Positions 50,329 to 63,894 are shown, counted from the stretch's first letter. The stretch: DNA of 64,000 nucleotides from Octopus vulgaris (GCA_951406725.2 OX597816.1:67580001-67644000); one strand, 5' to 3'. Numbers and translations are program-made. Notes: generated by a model not told the origin, from the letters alone.

Positions 50329-51589
50329 AGCTTCCACATAGTTACCGTCAACAAAATTTACAAGGTATTGTCGGTCCGAAGACACTTGCATAAAAGTGCC
50401 GCACAATGAGACTGAATCCAAACCACGTAGATGCAAAGCGAACTTCTTAACCATATAGCCATGTCTGATAAAAACAAATCTGAGTTACTTTTAAAAACAG
50501 ATCCAGTCACAAAAAAAAAAAAGCATTTAAAAGAAAACACTATTTTAAATTAGAGGAAGGAAGAAACATTCTAAAAGAATTATCAAATTATAAGTATTAT
50601 CTGTTTTTAAAAAATCCAGTATTTCACGATTTTGATATTCTTTGGTGAAGCCTTGAATTCTTGCTGCTCTATTTTAATATTCCTTGAGTAAAAGTCGTGA
50701 TGTGAAGAGAAGAGTCTCGCATGCTTGGACTACTGCAAATCTTTCTAAGAAATGTCTCGCCTAGGCCTGCACATACACGTACAGAGATATGGTCAAACTT
50801 GAGCGGCTGAGGCTCCAGTCTCAATTTAGTTTATGACATTCAGTGCATCACAATTAATCAACTTAAACGTTTGACGTGGGGAGGGATGACTACAACATTC
50901 TTTACGTTCTTACTGATCCCTCTACATTAATGAAGGCAGCGAGACGGATAGTAAAATAAAAGAGTTATGGACGAAATAACGTGCAGTACTTAGTTTACCC
51001 TCTTTCCGCTCTAAGTTCATTTTCCGTCGGCTTTCCCATACATCCTTTCGAGATTATTATTTTGTTGCTCGGTCCTTATTGAATATAACCTATTATCAAT
51101 AGTATTCCTGCCCTAAAATATCTCTCTTGATTTGTTATCTAGAACTGCATTGTCTAGTGTGTCTTTGTTCTTTTAAGGCTATAGGAAGTAATTTGAGGAG
51201 ACTCGGATGCTATTTCTCGTAGTTCGGATCTTTGGATCACAATGCCAGAAGCAGCAGCAACAGCAGTAATAGTAGTAACAATTGATGCCGTCTTCTTCTT
51301 CTTCTTCTTCTTCCAATCAGGACTCACGCCATTAGCCACAAAGAATAATCCCTAATTCGAGCCTACTCTAAGCTACTAAGAATGCATGCAGCAACTTGAA
51401 GATCCACTCACCACATGCGATAGACTGGCGGTTGCACGGGCGCGAAAGCCACGTTGTTATCCTCATTCCATAAACGGTGGCTTTTTAACGGGTGGAGAGC
51501 TGAACCATCCTGGGGTACAGGGGATTCGTAATCTAGACTAGGGTCTGAAAGTTTACCACACCATAGTGGGTTACACCATGGTTCCTCTG

Positions 51590-51793
51590 CTTTGTGGAAG
51601 AAGTAGGAATAAAGAGTGAGAGAAAGTTGTGGGGAAAGAGTACAGCGGGATTCACCACCCTCCCCCGCTGGAGCCTCGTGGAGCTTAGGTGTTTTTGCTC
51701 AATAAACACTCACAGTGCCCGGTCTGGTAATCGAAACCGCGTTCTTACGACCACGAGTCCGCTGCCCTAACGACTGGGCCATTGCGCCTCCAC
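51590..51793 (-). mobile_element. SINE family C variant, 5' part
   Basis: Family motifs. Confidence 0.8.
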
Positions 51794-53350
51794 AGTTGAT
51801 GCTGTTGTCGTTTAGCTTCACACCGACCATTTTGGACTTGTAAATCTATGGTTACTGTCGTTCCAGCAGTGACCATCCTGTCTTTTATTTTTAAACACAA
51901 TGCATCCAGAACGAACTGCATTCCCCAGTGCGATCTTCCTTTATGTCAGACGGCAAAATCTGATTTGATGGTTATTCGGTTTTATGAGCTTGTATCCTAC
52001 ATCAATAGTAGCTTTGTATATTTGTGTCATAGTTCCCAGCTTAGTCTTGACTGAAAAGAAAACTATCATAGACGGTCCATGTGACAACATAATCCAATGT
52101 GTTACCCACTTTTTAAGACCCTTGCCTGTCCAAGTTTCCCCCAAACGTCCAATGCTTGTTTTCAGACATTTAATTAGCCCTTGTTTATATATTCTGAGTA
52201 GTGTGAAGCATTCTTTTCATAAGTCCCAACTTACTCTGGTGGTTGAGAAAAAAATTGGAAACGAGTATCATATATGTTGCATGGACGCCAGGGAAATATA
52301 TCATATGTATTAAATATGATACACAAGACAGACAAAGTGTAAGATAGTGTAATCAGGCGATATTTCATGCAGCTCGATTTAAGCTACCCCTCTTTTTCAC
52401 ACGACTGTTTAATAATGCAGTGTTTCTATATAACATTGCAATACCTGGCAAGGAGGAAATAGCACAATTGTGACGTCTCCTGTAGGATTAGTCAGCTGCC
52501 TGTGACATGTGTCATGTCACCTTTATTAACTCCTTCCCACCGACATTGTTTCTTAGACTTGGCAAGGCCACTGGTTTTAGATCATTAGATATAAGTTGGA
52601 ATTTTTCCACACCCGAATTATAAACTGTTCACAGTGAGCTATATTTTATCACCGCATAGTCCGGGTCATATCGCCCTGTTCAACTAAGCCTTTATGTAAA
52701 TTATTGCCATTTACCAAATTATGCGTTGTATTTCATGCACTAAATTATCATTGTTATAATTGATTGGGAAACATTTAATTTATATTTGTTAATTAAAAAT
52801 TAAAGTTGTTAATCTGTTTAAACCCTGTGTACATTGCTTACCCAGACGATGTCTGAACTTCCACCCGTATTAGTTCTGGAATGTTGTAGACATATCTGTT
52901 GTAAAGTCACGCCGAAGAAATCTATATTTCTGTCACCTACTCACAGGTTGACACTTATCGTCTTGATATATTCTTCCCATCGCCACAAATTAGTACTATT
53001 TGTGTTGCTGTTATCAATGGTAGTGGTCGTGGTTGGAAGATTGATTTAACGGGGTTAAAGAAGACGTAATGAACGTGTGAACGAACATCGCAGTGGTGGC
53101 AGTGTTTAAAAACGTTTCTTTTATTTGTTAAAAAATATCTTAAGATGACAGCGACTTTGGCGATGCTAATGAAGAGGAGGGGTAAACGTATTATCGAAGG
53201 CCAACCGTGGCCATCCCATCTTATTAATGATTACACAATCCAGTACATTCTTCCTTATTTTTTTTCAAGCGGCAAGCTGCGATTTGAGGGACAACTAGTT
53301 GCTATTTCTTGCATGTACACTCTCATAATGGTATGATAATGATGAGGAAG

Positions 53351-53565
53351 AAGGCAGCGAGCTGGCAGAATCGTTAGCACGCCGGGCAAAATGCTTAGCG
53401 GCATTTCGTTCGACTTTACGTTCGGAGTTCAAATTCTGCCGAGGTCGACTTTGCCTTTCATCCTTTCGGAGTTGATAGATTAAGTAGCAGTTGAGAACTG
53501 GGGTCGATTTAATCGACTTAGCCCCTTATCCAAACTGCTGGCCTTGTGCTAAAATTTGAAACCAA
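53351..53565 (+). mobile_element. SINE family B
   Basis: Family motifs. Confidence 0.88.
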
Positions 53566-54476
53566 TGATGATGAGGAAGAAGACGAGGAGAAGGAGGAGG
53601 ATGGTGATGACGACGATGATAGCAATCATAGTGATAATGATGTTGGTGAGGATGGTGCCGGTCTTGATGATAAGGATGAGAATGATGGTGGCAATTAATC
53701 CATGATATTAAATTGTACAAAAGTTACACGAACCAACGAGGAAAGCTCTTTTGAGGTCATTCATTCAACTAGAAATACCAGTCAAATCTCGCTCATATCA
53801 TACTTTTATACTTTTATTAAATCTGATAATATGGGTTTAGACACAGCCCTATACTTGAAAAAAAAAAAAAAGAGAAAAATCATTAGTGGTCATGGTTGGA
53901 ATGTTTTTGACCTGCCTTCTGGACAGGACTGAATTGGAGTTAAAGGATGACAATCATGCTGCATGAACGAAATAAATGTTAATAAGGGTAAAAAAAAAAG
54001 ACAAAAAATAAACACAAAAACCCCCAAAAAGATTAAGATGAAACCAGAATCCAGAGAGATGATAATACGTTGGGTGATCTTATGTTTATTGGTAAAGTGT
54101 TACACGTTATCTAGGTTAATACTGAGGCAGACAGTCCCAAATTCTATCTATTGTCTATTTTTCACATGAAGAACAATAGAGATAGAAGGGAGCTAGTGGT
54201 GATATTGAGAAGATCAGTTAAAAAAGGACCGTGACTATCAAACACCACCATCAGCACCGCCATCATCAGCACCACCGTCATAAATGTTCTCAATGCAGTC
54301 AGTGTCTTCCTTTCGCTTTCTCTCTCTCTCTCCCTTATATAGACGCGCATACATCATTCTTATATAGAGAAATACACACACACACATATATGGATATGCG
54401 CGTATCATATAAAGACACAGAAATACACACAATCGCTTACACATAGACATCTCTCTCTCTCTCTATATATATATAT

Positions 54477-54864
54477 GTAGGAGTGGCTGTGTGGTAAGTA
54501 GCTTGCTTACCAACCATATGGTTCCGGGTTCAGTCCCACTGTGTGGCACTTTGGGCAAGTGTCTTCTACTATAGCCTCGGGCCGACCAAAGCCTTGTGAG
54601 TGGATATGGTAGACGGAAACTGAAAGAAGCCCGTCGTATTTATATATGTGTGTGTTTCTGTGTCTGTGTCTGTCCCCCCAACATCGCTTGACAACCGATG
54701 CTGGTGTGTTTATGACCCCGTAACTTAGCGGTTCGGCAAAAGAGACCGATAGAATAAGTACTAGGCTTACAAAGAATAAGTCCTGGGGTCGATTTGTTCG
54801 ACTAAAGGCGGTGCTCCAGCATGGCCGCAGTCAAATGACTGAAACAAGTAAAAGAGTAAAGAGT
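54477..54864 (+). mobile_element. SINE family A, full length, young
   Basis: Family motifs, close to the in-window consensus. Confidence 0.92.
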
Positions 54865-56426
54865 ATATATACTGTAAAGAGTATATATAACAAAAAGAGG
54901 AATATATAAGAGTGGAGTGACTAAAAAATAAATGAAGTTAAAAAAAAACTTTAATACATTTAATCAATACCATTGAGACTTAGAAATATCGAAGGCACAA
55001 TATAATCCAAATAAGAAAACAAAGAAATTCTTTAACATATCTTTAAGGATTCCGAATCAGATGAGAATTTCGGCATTATTCTGGAATCTGACAGTATTAA
55101 TAACCCAAAATTCGGGTTAAGTGCTTCTTTAGAAATACCCTACCTTTACACCCTTCCAAGACCTATGTAGACGTAATATATATACCTCTGTCAAAGTTTA
55201 ACACTGACTTCAGCTTCAATAGCTTAAATTTAGAAAATTCGGGTAGATGCTGATGTACAGAATGTCGTACGAAAAAATTCCAAAAGAGTTGGAACTTGTC
55301 TCTTGGTTGGAAAGAATATCCTGATGACAATTATTATAGATTCTCAAAAGGAAATGAAAAAAGTGTCAGTTATATAGAAAATTGAACCTCTTATAGGAAA
55401 ACCAGAGATATTTCTTTACAGGCAAAGAGACAGCTACTAAGAGGTTTCGGATATTATGAGACCTCGTCTAGATAGCTTAGTCTACGCTAGCCTACTTTAA
55501 AGAGTCGATAAGCTTTTTAAAATATAATTCGCATTTGATTTCAAAATGCGAGATAAGGGAACTAACTCAAATAGGTAAAAACAACAACGTTAATTTAGCT
55601 AATTCTGATACGTGGCGATGTACAGAATGACGTACACATACACACACAAATTCTTAACGAATTGAAATTTGTAGAAGGGAAAACTACGAAGTTACCAGGT
55701 GATAACTGTTGACGACCTTGAAAGAAAAGAGGAGATAATTTCAGAAAATTAAGAAACAATTTCACAATACACTTTAAATTTCATGCTTAAAGAGAAAATC
55801 AGATCGAGAGTTAAACGATAACAACTACCATTCCATGTGTCAAATATTTCAAGCTAAACATTTAATTCAATATTCATTCTCCCACTCTCGAAAAAGACGC
55901 AAACTTTTGGAACTTTCTCGTTGCTCAAACTTTTCCAAAAATGATAAATCTACAAACGTTTAAGTTAAACACCAGAAAGAAAGAAAGAAAAAACCTGCAA
56001 AGGCTACGGGCACGGCACATCTTCCAAAGACTGTGTAATTACAGAACTGAAAATCCTTTATACGTCACCAATGTCAGCAGCAAAATGTTAACGACGAGTA
56101 ACATTCAAGCATGCCTTAAAATGACATCCAGATTAATCTTCTTTTCCCCAAATTTCTTTTCCCTCTAAGCAGTTATAACAGTAAAAGAGGATTAGGTCAT
56201 TTTATGTAAACTGGAACACAAGATTTCAACGTTCATATTTGAACTTTTTGCATTTCTGTAGTATTATTTGCTTTTATTCATTCCCTAACTTGATGGGTAT
56301 GTAACAACAAGCCAGCTGCCACTAAAAAATCTCTAATGTGACATCTTTATCAATGTACCTGATGAGATCCAGACTGATGGGTCAAAACATAAAGGGTTAA
56401 TACTAAATCCATCTCCTGTTAGTTAA

Positions 56427-56600
56427 GGGAGAGTTTACGAAAAAAACAAAAGACGAAGACAGGTGGTGTACAAAACAAACAAATGTATTAGTATAACGCT
56501 CAGGAATAGAAAAAGTCTTTTACGTTTCGAGCCTACGCTCTTCTACAGAAAGGGACACAGAAAAAACAAGGAGAGAAAAAATGTGTGTAGTGGCTATCTA
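56427..56600 (-). mobile_element. Dispersed repeat carrying the variant hammerhead; second copy truncated at window start (1-70)
   Basis: 56546-56595 matches positions 1-51 (CAGAAAGGGACACAGAAAAAACAAG...ATGTGTGTAGTGGCT). Confidence 0.7.
56517..56552 (-). ncRNA. Variant minimal hammerhead-like motif
   Basis: CTTT-CTGTAGA-A-GAGC(GTAG)GCTC-GAAA-CG-TA|AAAG. The core carries A6->U. Confidence 0.5.
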
Positions 56601-56602
56601 TC

Positions 56603-56862
56603 GGGATGTGTGTTGTGTTCTTGAGCAAGACACTTTATTTCACGTTGCTCCAGTTCACTCAGCTGTAGAAATGAGTTACGACATCACTGGTGCCAAGCTG
56701 TATCGACCCCTTTTCCTTTCCCTTGGATAACATCGGTGACGTGGAGAGAGGAGGCTGGTATGCATGGGTGACTGCAAGTCTTCCATAAACAACCTTTCCC
56801 GGAGTTGTCTCGGAGTGGATCATTCTAGGTGCAATCCCATGGTCAATCATGACCGAAGGAGG
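56603..56862 (+). mobile_element. SINE family D body
   Basis: Matches 22305-22555. Confidence 0.8.
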
Positions 56863-56863
56863 T

Positions 56864-56949
<86 letters not shown>

Positions 56950-56962
56950 AAGGAGAAAAATT

Positions 56963-57796
56963 GGCGAAGTTTCGCATGTCGTAGCACAGATTTCCGTCGA
57001 TTTCCGTAAAAAACTTTTATTTTTTTACATAAGTAATGAGAGCGAAAGAGACTAAGAGGAAGCGATTTTATGACGAGAAGGTTTCACTTTGAAGTTGGCC
57101 TGTGTGTGTTTGATGGGGTGTGGGAGACAGACAGTATGTTGTGTAAGTGAAGTGCTTCTGTTAGTGTGTGCGAAGAGACAGAGAGAGTAATGTGTGAAAG
57201 AGAGAGATAACTGATTTTTTACTCGGTGTATGTGTATATGTATGTATGCATGTATGTGTGTGTGTGTGTATGTATCTATGTATGTGTGTGTGTGTAAGTA
57301 TGTGTGTGTGTATGTATGTATGTATGGCCGATTCATCGTAATTTTTTACTCGGTGTATGTGTATATGTATGTCTGCATGTATGTGTGTGTGTGTATGTAT
57401 CTATGTGTGTGTGTGTGTGTGTAAGTATGTGTGTGTGTATGTATGTATGTATGTATGTGTGTGTGTGTATGTATGTATGTATGTATGTGTGTGTGTGTAT
57501 GTATCTATGTATGTGTGTGTGTGTATGTATGGCCGATTCATCGTAATTTTTTACTCGGTGTATGTGTATATGTATGTCTGTCTCTTCGCACACACTAACA
57601 GAAGCACTTCACTTACACAACATACTGTCTGTCTCCCACACCCCATCAAACACACACAGGCCGACTTCAAAGTGAAACCTTCTCGTCGTAAAATCGCTTC
57701 CTCTTAGTCTCTTTCGCTCTCATTACTTATGTAAAAAAATAAAAGTTTTTTACGGAAATCGACGGAAATCTGTGCTACTACAACCGAAACTATGCC
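56963..57796. mobile_element. Foldback MITE (Merlin-like termini) with internal satellite
   Basis: Inverted arms of ~220 bp, GGC...GCC ends and exact 8-bp TSD GAAAAATT (56955-56962, 57797-57804). The interior consists of repeated TTTTTTACTCGGTGTATGTG+(GTAT/GT)n units. Confidence 0.88.
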
Positions 57797-58595
57797 GAAA
57801 AATTAATATACTGACTGAACGAGAAGCTAATAGAGACGTATTGATAGTTAGAGGATAGACAGACAGCCAGAAAGACATGAATTGTATTAATCGACAGAAA
57901 CACTTATACGCATGTACTGAGTTCTGTTTCTCTAGTTTGTTTCACCAAACACACACACGCACACACACACATATATATATAAACACACACTGTATGCATA
58001 TAGAAAAACGCATACACACAGCTAATTCACAAGCATACATATGCTTTTAAGGCTACTTAAGTCTAAGCAGAATAAACAGGAACTTACAAAGTTGAAGAAC
58101 GACGAAGGAAAAAAAGTGGGAGAATAAGACAGAGTGTAAGTGAGAGAGAGAGAGAGAGTCGTAGAAGAGAATAATGCGAAGTGAATGTCACGAAATGTTG
58201 TGTAAGTAAAAATGCGTTTATGATGTGAGATGAAGTAATAAGAGTTGTAATGATAAAAATAAAACTAGAATAAACATCGAGTAAAATAATGAACCAATCA
58301 GATACTTTCTCCTGTGCTCACTCGATCCGTTAGAAATAGCAGCTAAAATCTCATTTAAATACTGAAACACGCAATGTGTTAGAATAGAAATTTATATGGC
58401 GTGATGGGATTATGTTTTAAATCGATGGTGCATGGAAATACGGAAAACAAAAGTTGGTAGGGTCACGTTTGGAAAGCTTCCGCTCATTCATATCTCTCCT
58501 CGATCAGAGCGGACTTGAAGTAACAAGTACACGTTCATAATGTATAGTATTCTCATTAGTTTTCAGAGGTATTAGCTTCAGTTTACTTAACAGCA

Positions 58596-58659
<64 letters not shown>

Positions 58660-58833
58660 GAGTGAGAGAGAGAGAGTGTGTGTATATCAGTCTCTTTCTC
58701 TCTCTTGTGTGTGTGTGTGTGCGTGTTATGCTGTTGCTTCTGTTATTGGAGTATGGTCAAGCTTGGGCACTGTCTTGAAGGGTTTAACCAACTCAAATCC
58801 GAGTACTTACGGTGATAAAGTTTGCTATATATA

Positions 58834-59038
58834 TACAGGGTGGGGAGGCAAAATTTACAATATTTTGAGGCAGGGATTGAAAGACAGTGTATGACCGATT
58901 TGTTTATTGAAAGTCATGAGAATTTATTTGCAACAAGACAATTTACATAATAGAAAATATTTTTATACTATGTATCCTCCTTCTTTCTCAATAACTGTCT
59001 TCACATGCTTCCTGAAACTTGCACAGGCGTTCCTCAAA
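58834..59038 (-). mobile_element. Tc1/mariner-superfamily 3' fragment
   Basis: TA+CAGGGTG terminus. The minus-strand RNACASFRKHVKTVIEKEGGYIV* is typical of a Tc1/maT transposase C-terminus. Confidence 0.7.
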
Positions 59039-59039
59039 T

Positions 59040-59214
59040 GACAACCGATGCTGGTGTGTTTACGTTCCCGTAACCTAGCGGTTCGGCAAAGGAGACCGAT
59101 AGAATAAGTACAAGGCTTACAAAGAATAAGTCCTGGGGTCGATTTCTTCGACTAAAGGCGGTGCTCCAGCATAGCCGCAGTCAAATGACTGAAACAAGTA
59201 AAAGAGTAAAGAGT
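59040..59214 (+). mobile_element. SINE family A, 3' half
   Basis: Family tail. Confidence 0.85.
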
Positions 59215-59414
59215 ATATATACTGTCTGTTTTCGCTAAATCCTCTTGGGCGTAAACAAACGAGCACCAGTTGTCAAACAGTGACAGACAAGTATTATGAC
59301 ACACGCACATACACACGCATGCGCGCGCATACCCCCCCCCCCCCACACTAGACGGGCTTCGGCACTATTTCCGTTTGCCAAATTCTCTCGCAAGGCATTA
59401 TACACGCCCTGATA

Positions 59415-59637
59415 CCTATTTCTTTATTACCCACAAGGGGCTAAACATAGAGGGAACAAACAAGTACAGGCATAGGTATTAAGTCGATTACAGTGCGTAA
59501 CTGGTACTTAATTTATCGATCCCGAAAGGATGAAAGGCAAAGTCGACCTCGGTGGAATTTGAACTCAGAACATAACAGCAAACGAAATACGGCTACGCAT
59601 TTCGCCCGGCGTGCTAACGTTTCTGCTAGCTCGCCCT
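59415..59637 (-). mobile_element. SINE family B
   Basis: Family motifs. Confidence 0.88.
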
Positions 59638-59729
59638 GATACCGTCGGTATCTACATATCAAATTTGTGCGCAATCGGATAGAGGATGCCCGAGATCCTA
59701 GAAGACACACACACAGACAGAACGGATTT

Positions 59730-59765
<36 letters not shown>

Positions 59766-60014
59766 ATCCTTGAAGAATCAAGGCATATCAACTAATTGGC
59801 TAGACAGAATCACACAGACCAGGCAGTGAAGTAATCCATCATCAGTGCAGAAGGCATCGAAGAAGTTAAAATACAGTTGTTGGGTAATCTGCTATTCCAA
59901 TAGAATACAAAATATTCAACGAAGAACAAAATATATAGAGTGGTGTAAAATAAAATATAAGAAACGAATGGATTTCCGAGTGTTGCTAAAATAAATAAAT
60001 AAATAAATAAATAA

Positions 60015-60070
<56 letters not shown>

Positions 60071-60073
<3 letters not shown>

Positions 60074-60461
60074 GAGTGGCTGTGTGGTAAGTAGCTTGCT
60101 AACCAACCACATGGTTCCGGGTTCAGTCCCACTGCGTGGCACCTTGGGCAAGTGTCTTCTGCTATAGCCCCGGGCCGACCAATGCCTTATGAGTGGATTT
60201 GGTAGACGGAAACTGAAAGAAGCCTGTCGTATATATGTATATATATATATATATATGTATGTGTTTGTCCCCCTAGCATTGCTTGACAACCGATGCTGGT
60301 ATGCTTACGTCCCTGTCACTTAGCGGTTCGGCAAAAGGGACCGATAGAATAAGTACTGGGCTTACAAAGAATAAGTCCCGGGGTCGATATGCTCGACTAA
60401 AGGCGGTGCTCTAGCATGGCCGCAGTCAAATGACTGAAACAAGTAAAAGAGAAAAAGAGAG
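60071..60461 (+). mobile_element. SINE family A, full length
   Basis: Family motifs. Confidence 0.9.
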
Positions 60462-61197
60462 TATATATATATATAAGTTCAGCAAAATTTAGATTCAGAT
60501 GAATATGGTACTTAAGTTAAAGGCACTAGAATTTAGTATGGTATTATCCATATAAATCAAATGGGGTGATTATAATAAAAATAAGCAACAAATGACTGAT
60601 ACACACACACACACACACATATATATAGACTGAGATCACAACACTCTCTCTAATGGGACGTTAGACCCTTGCTGGATCACTCACCACTCACAGCTAAGTG
60701 GATTAAAGCAGCGTAAAATCTAGTTTTTTTTTTCCTAACGATCACAATACACCGTCAAGTTCGAGAATCGAAACCTCAATATTGCGATCGTGAGTGCAGC
60801 ACCCAAACCACAAGGCCACACGCCTTCACTACACCAGTTATGGAAGTCTTATGTAGTATCAAAACTCTGCGTTTTCTTCTCTAAGTCATGTTGTAAATAT
60901 GAACGGAATGTTATCAGTCTGTGGGCACAGCAGAGGCAAGCTCGTTTGTTTCTCATTGTTGTCCATGATAAAAAGTTTTGTAACAAGAGAGTACGTACGA
61001 GTTGATGTCTTACATTGATACAATGTAACAACATTGTAAAGGACGGGAGTGGTCTTTTGTATCTATTCAAGCATACAACTGATATATATATAAAGCAATG
61101 AAGGAAACTTCCTCCCCGTAGTCACTAGAACTGAGAAATTGCAGCCAAATTACCTTCAACTCCCACCATATCGTTAAGAAAACCACCTTGGACAATA

Positions 61198-61535
61198 TCA
61201 TTTCATTTTCATTTTCATTTCATCTAGTTTCAGCTCACGAGCTGTGGCCATGCTGGGGCACCGCCATTCGGTATTGCTACATGATTTTACTTCACGAATG
61301 CTTTTTAGCAATTGACATTTGGTGCATAAGAGAGTTTGATGCAGCTGCCCTCATCTGCACCTCCTGCCGTGAAGTTGGTTCATCTGGGACACCTGACAGG
61401 AAGAGGTCCAGCTTTATTTTGAAGACACCTGCATCCACCCCATGCAGGTCTCTCAGGTCCTTCGGGAGGATATTGAAGAGGATATTGAAGCCCAGGCTAT
61501 CGCAGTATCTTGTCCTACATCTTGATGGCAAAATA
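61198..61535 (-). mobile_element. CR1-group LINE 3' end
   Basis: LFNILPKDLRDL..VD..VFKIKLDLFLSGVPDEP......RAAASNSLMHQ is a typical CR1-group ORF2 end, followed by a 3' UTR and (GAAAAT)n tail. Confidence 0.85.
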
Positions 61536-62639
61536 TTGATACGGAACAATAAAAACAAGATGCTCATGACTTGAACCCCTTTGTTCTTGGGGCTGAATGG
61601 GGCTAACCAACTACTTTAACGACTACAACAACAACAGGTATATATTTTATACACCCCAGAGAAATGAAAGTGATTTACATTCAAAACAATAAACTATACA
61701 GTATAACATTGTTTTTATTTTACCAGAATTATTGTTGGCTCAAATCAGAGTTATCTCCCTTCGTTGCTGTTTTCTGGTCCTAACACACCAAACGGGAGTT
61801 TCAGTTTACTGTTCATGTAGATAATTTCAATCGATGGTTTTCAATTCACAGTATTACATATGTGAGAAGGCCACATTGCGCGCCCTCTAGATACTTGAAG
61901 TACTTTAGTTCAGTGTTCCAAAGTCAGTGGTACAAGCAGTGTCCTTCGTGTAGGGAAACAATAATGCGCGCACCCCCCCCCCCAGATTTGGTCATAAATA
62001 AATAAACCCTGTCGCGGTCGATTTTGACTTTCATCCCCCCGGTGTCGATAAAATTATCGTTAGCCAATATGAGGAATTAATGTAATTGATTTACGTACGC
62101 CCAACAAATCAAATATGTGGTCGGTTTCCACTTGGGCAAACCATTTAATTTTACTATTAACGATACAACAGTAAGGTGACGAGCCAGCAGAATTGTTAGA
62201 GCACTGGAAAGATACATTTATTCAAGCTGTTGATGTTCTGTGTTCAAATGTCGCCGAGATGAACTTTGCTCTTCATTCTTTCGGGGTCGATAAAACTAAG
62301 TAGTTGTTAAATACTGGAGTTGATGTAATCAACTATCCACTTTTCCTCGCCAAATTGCTGGTCTTACGTCAAAATTCGAAACAACGATTCTACAAAGAAA
62401 TATCAGAATGTGTAGAGCTGCAGTCAAAATGTCAAGTAGTATTTAGTAACAGCTCTTTACGTTTGGAGTTCAAATCTCATCAAAGTGTTAAAATATGGCG
62501 GATAACGAAATTTATTTTAAAGTTCAATGTTTTTTTTTCTTTCTTTATCCCGTTAAGTGTTTAAGTCAATCAAAATGGGCGACACAGAGTAAACATTTTT
62601 AAAGTATTGGAAAGCAAGAAATGAGTTTTTGTGCAGCCA

Positions 62640-62942
62640 ATGCCATATGGTTGAGAAGATTGATTCACAGCCATGTTTCGATCTCACGGGGCAAGCTACT
62701 TACCACACAGCCACTCCTGTGCCTATAGCCACTCCTGTTTGTGTGTCTGTGTTTGCCCCCCCCCCCCACGCCATCGCTTGACAACCGATGTTGGAGTTTA
62801 CAAACTCGTAACTTAGCGGTTCGGCAAAATAAGTACTAGAATAAGTGCTAGGCTTACAAAGAATAAGTTCTCAGCTCGCTTTGTTCGACTAAAGGCGATG
62901 CTTCAGCATGGCCGCAGTCAAATGGCTGAACCAAATAAAAGA
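62640..62942 (+). mobile_element. Rearranged family A SINE
   Basis: Family tail plus a short inverted head fragment at ~62690-62725. Confidence 0.7.
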
Positions 62943-63595
62943 ATATGTGTGTGTGTGTGGGGGGGGGGGGGCTGTGTGTATGGAGAATGAGAGGGTGGGT
63001 GAGAAGTGTAACCTTTCCGTGGTAAATCTCAAGGCCCAGTTTGTTTTTGGAATTACTAGACCATAACAATGATTTTTATTTATTTATTTTGCTCTTTCTT
63101 TTTTCCTACGTCAAGATCAGTGGAAATTAGCAGAGAGTGAGAGAGAGAGAGAGAGTGGGGAGGAGGGAGAGAGAATGAATAAAAGGTGAGAGGGTGGGGG
63201 TGGGAGGAAGAGAGAGATATGAAAAACGAGGAAGTTAAGTGGTAGAGAGGTGTCGGAGGAAGAGTGCTTAGTAGAGAGAGGGAATATCGAAGTGACATCG
63301 TTTTGTCCATCAATAGCGTGTATTTTTAGTATCAAAAACACACCTCCATCGATACACGCACCAGTATACGCAATCACACATATATAGTTTGTATGTGTAT
63401 ATATATATATATATATATATAAAAGCAGGTGTGTGTGAGTGAATATATGCATATATGTGAATGTGCTTTCGTGTATAAAGCAATACAAAACACAAATATC
63501 GCGTTTTATAATTTCATATTAAATAGTTCGTTGTAAGATCGTTTCAAATCCTGGTCGTCAACACAATCGGGGTCGAAATGACCGTAGTACGAACT

Positions 63596-63634
<39 letters not shown>

Positions 63635-63833
63635 ATATATCTATCTATATATATAAATCAAAATAAGCAACAAGTATATCCGAGGTAGGGTGGTACAATC
63701 GTTTCATGCTACTTCATTTTATTAAACACTGTAAGTTTTACACCAGTTTTAAAATGTCGAGCAATCTTCAGCCATTTATAGAAATTTTCCAATCAAACGG
63801 ACAATCCACATTCTTATCGCTATTTCGTTTGAA

Positions 63834-63894
<61 letters not shown>

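Noticed and set aside
56355-56400. Hammerhead-like CTGATGA-GATCC...GGGTC-AAAACATA
   Set aside because: Catalytic G12 is absent and stems I and III are unconvincing; at most a dead relic.
63080-63530. Second promoter or alternative first exon (GA-rich, unique sequence)
   Set aside because: No clear ORF or strong splice donor found; composition alone is insufficient.
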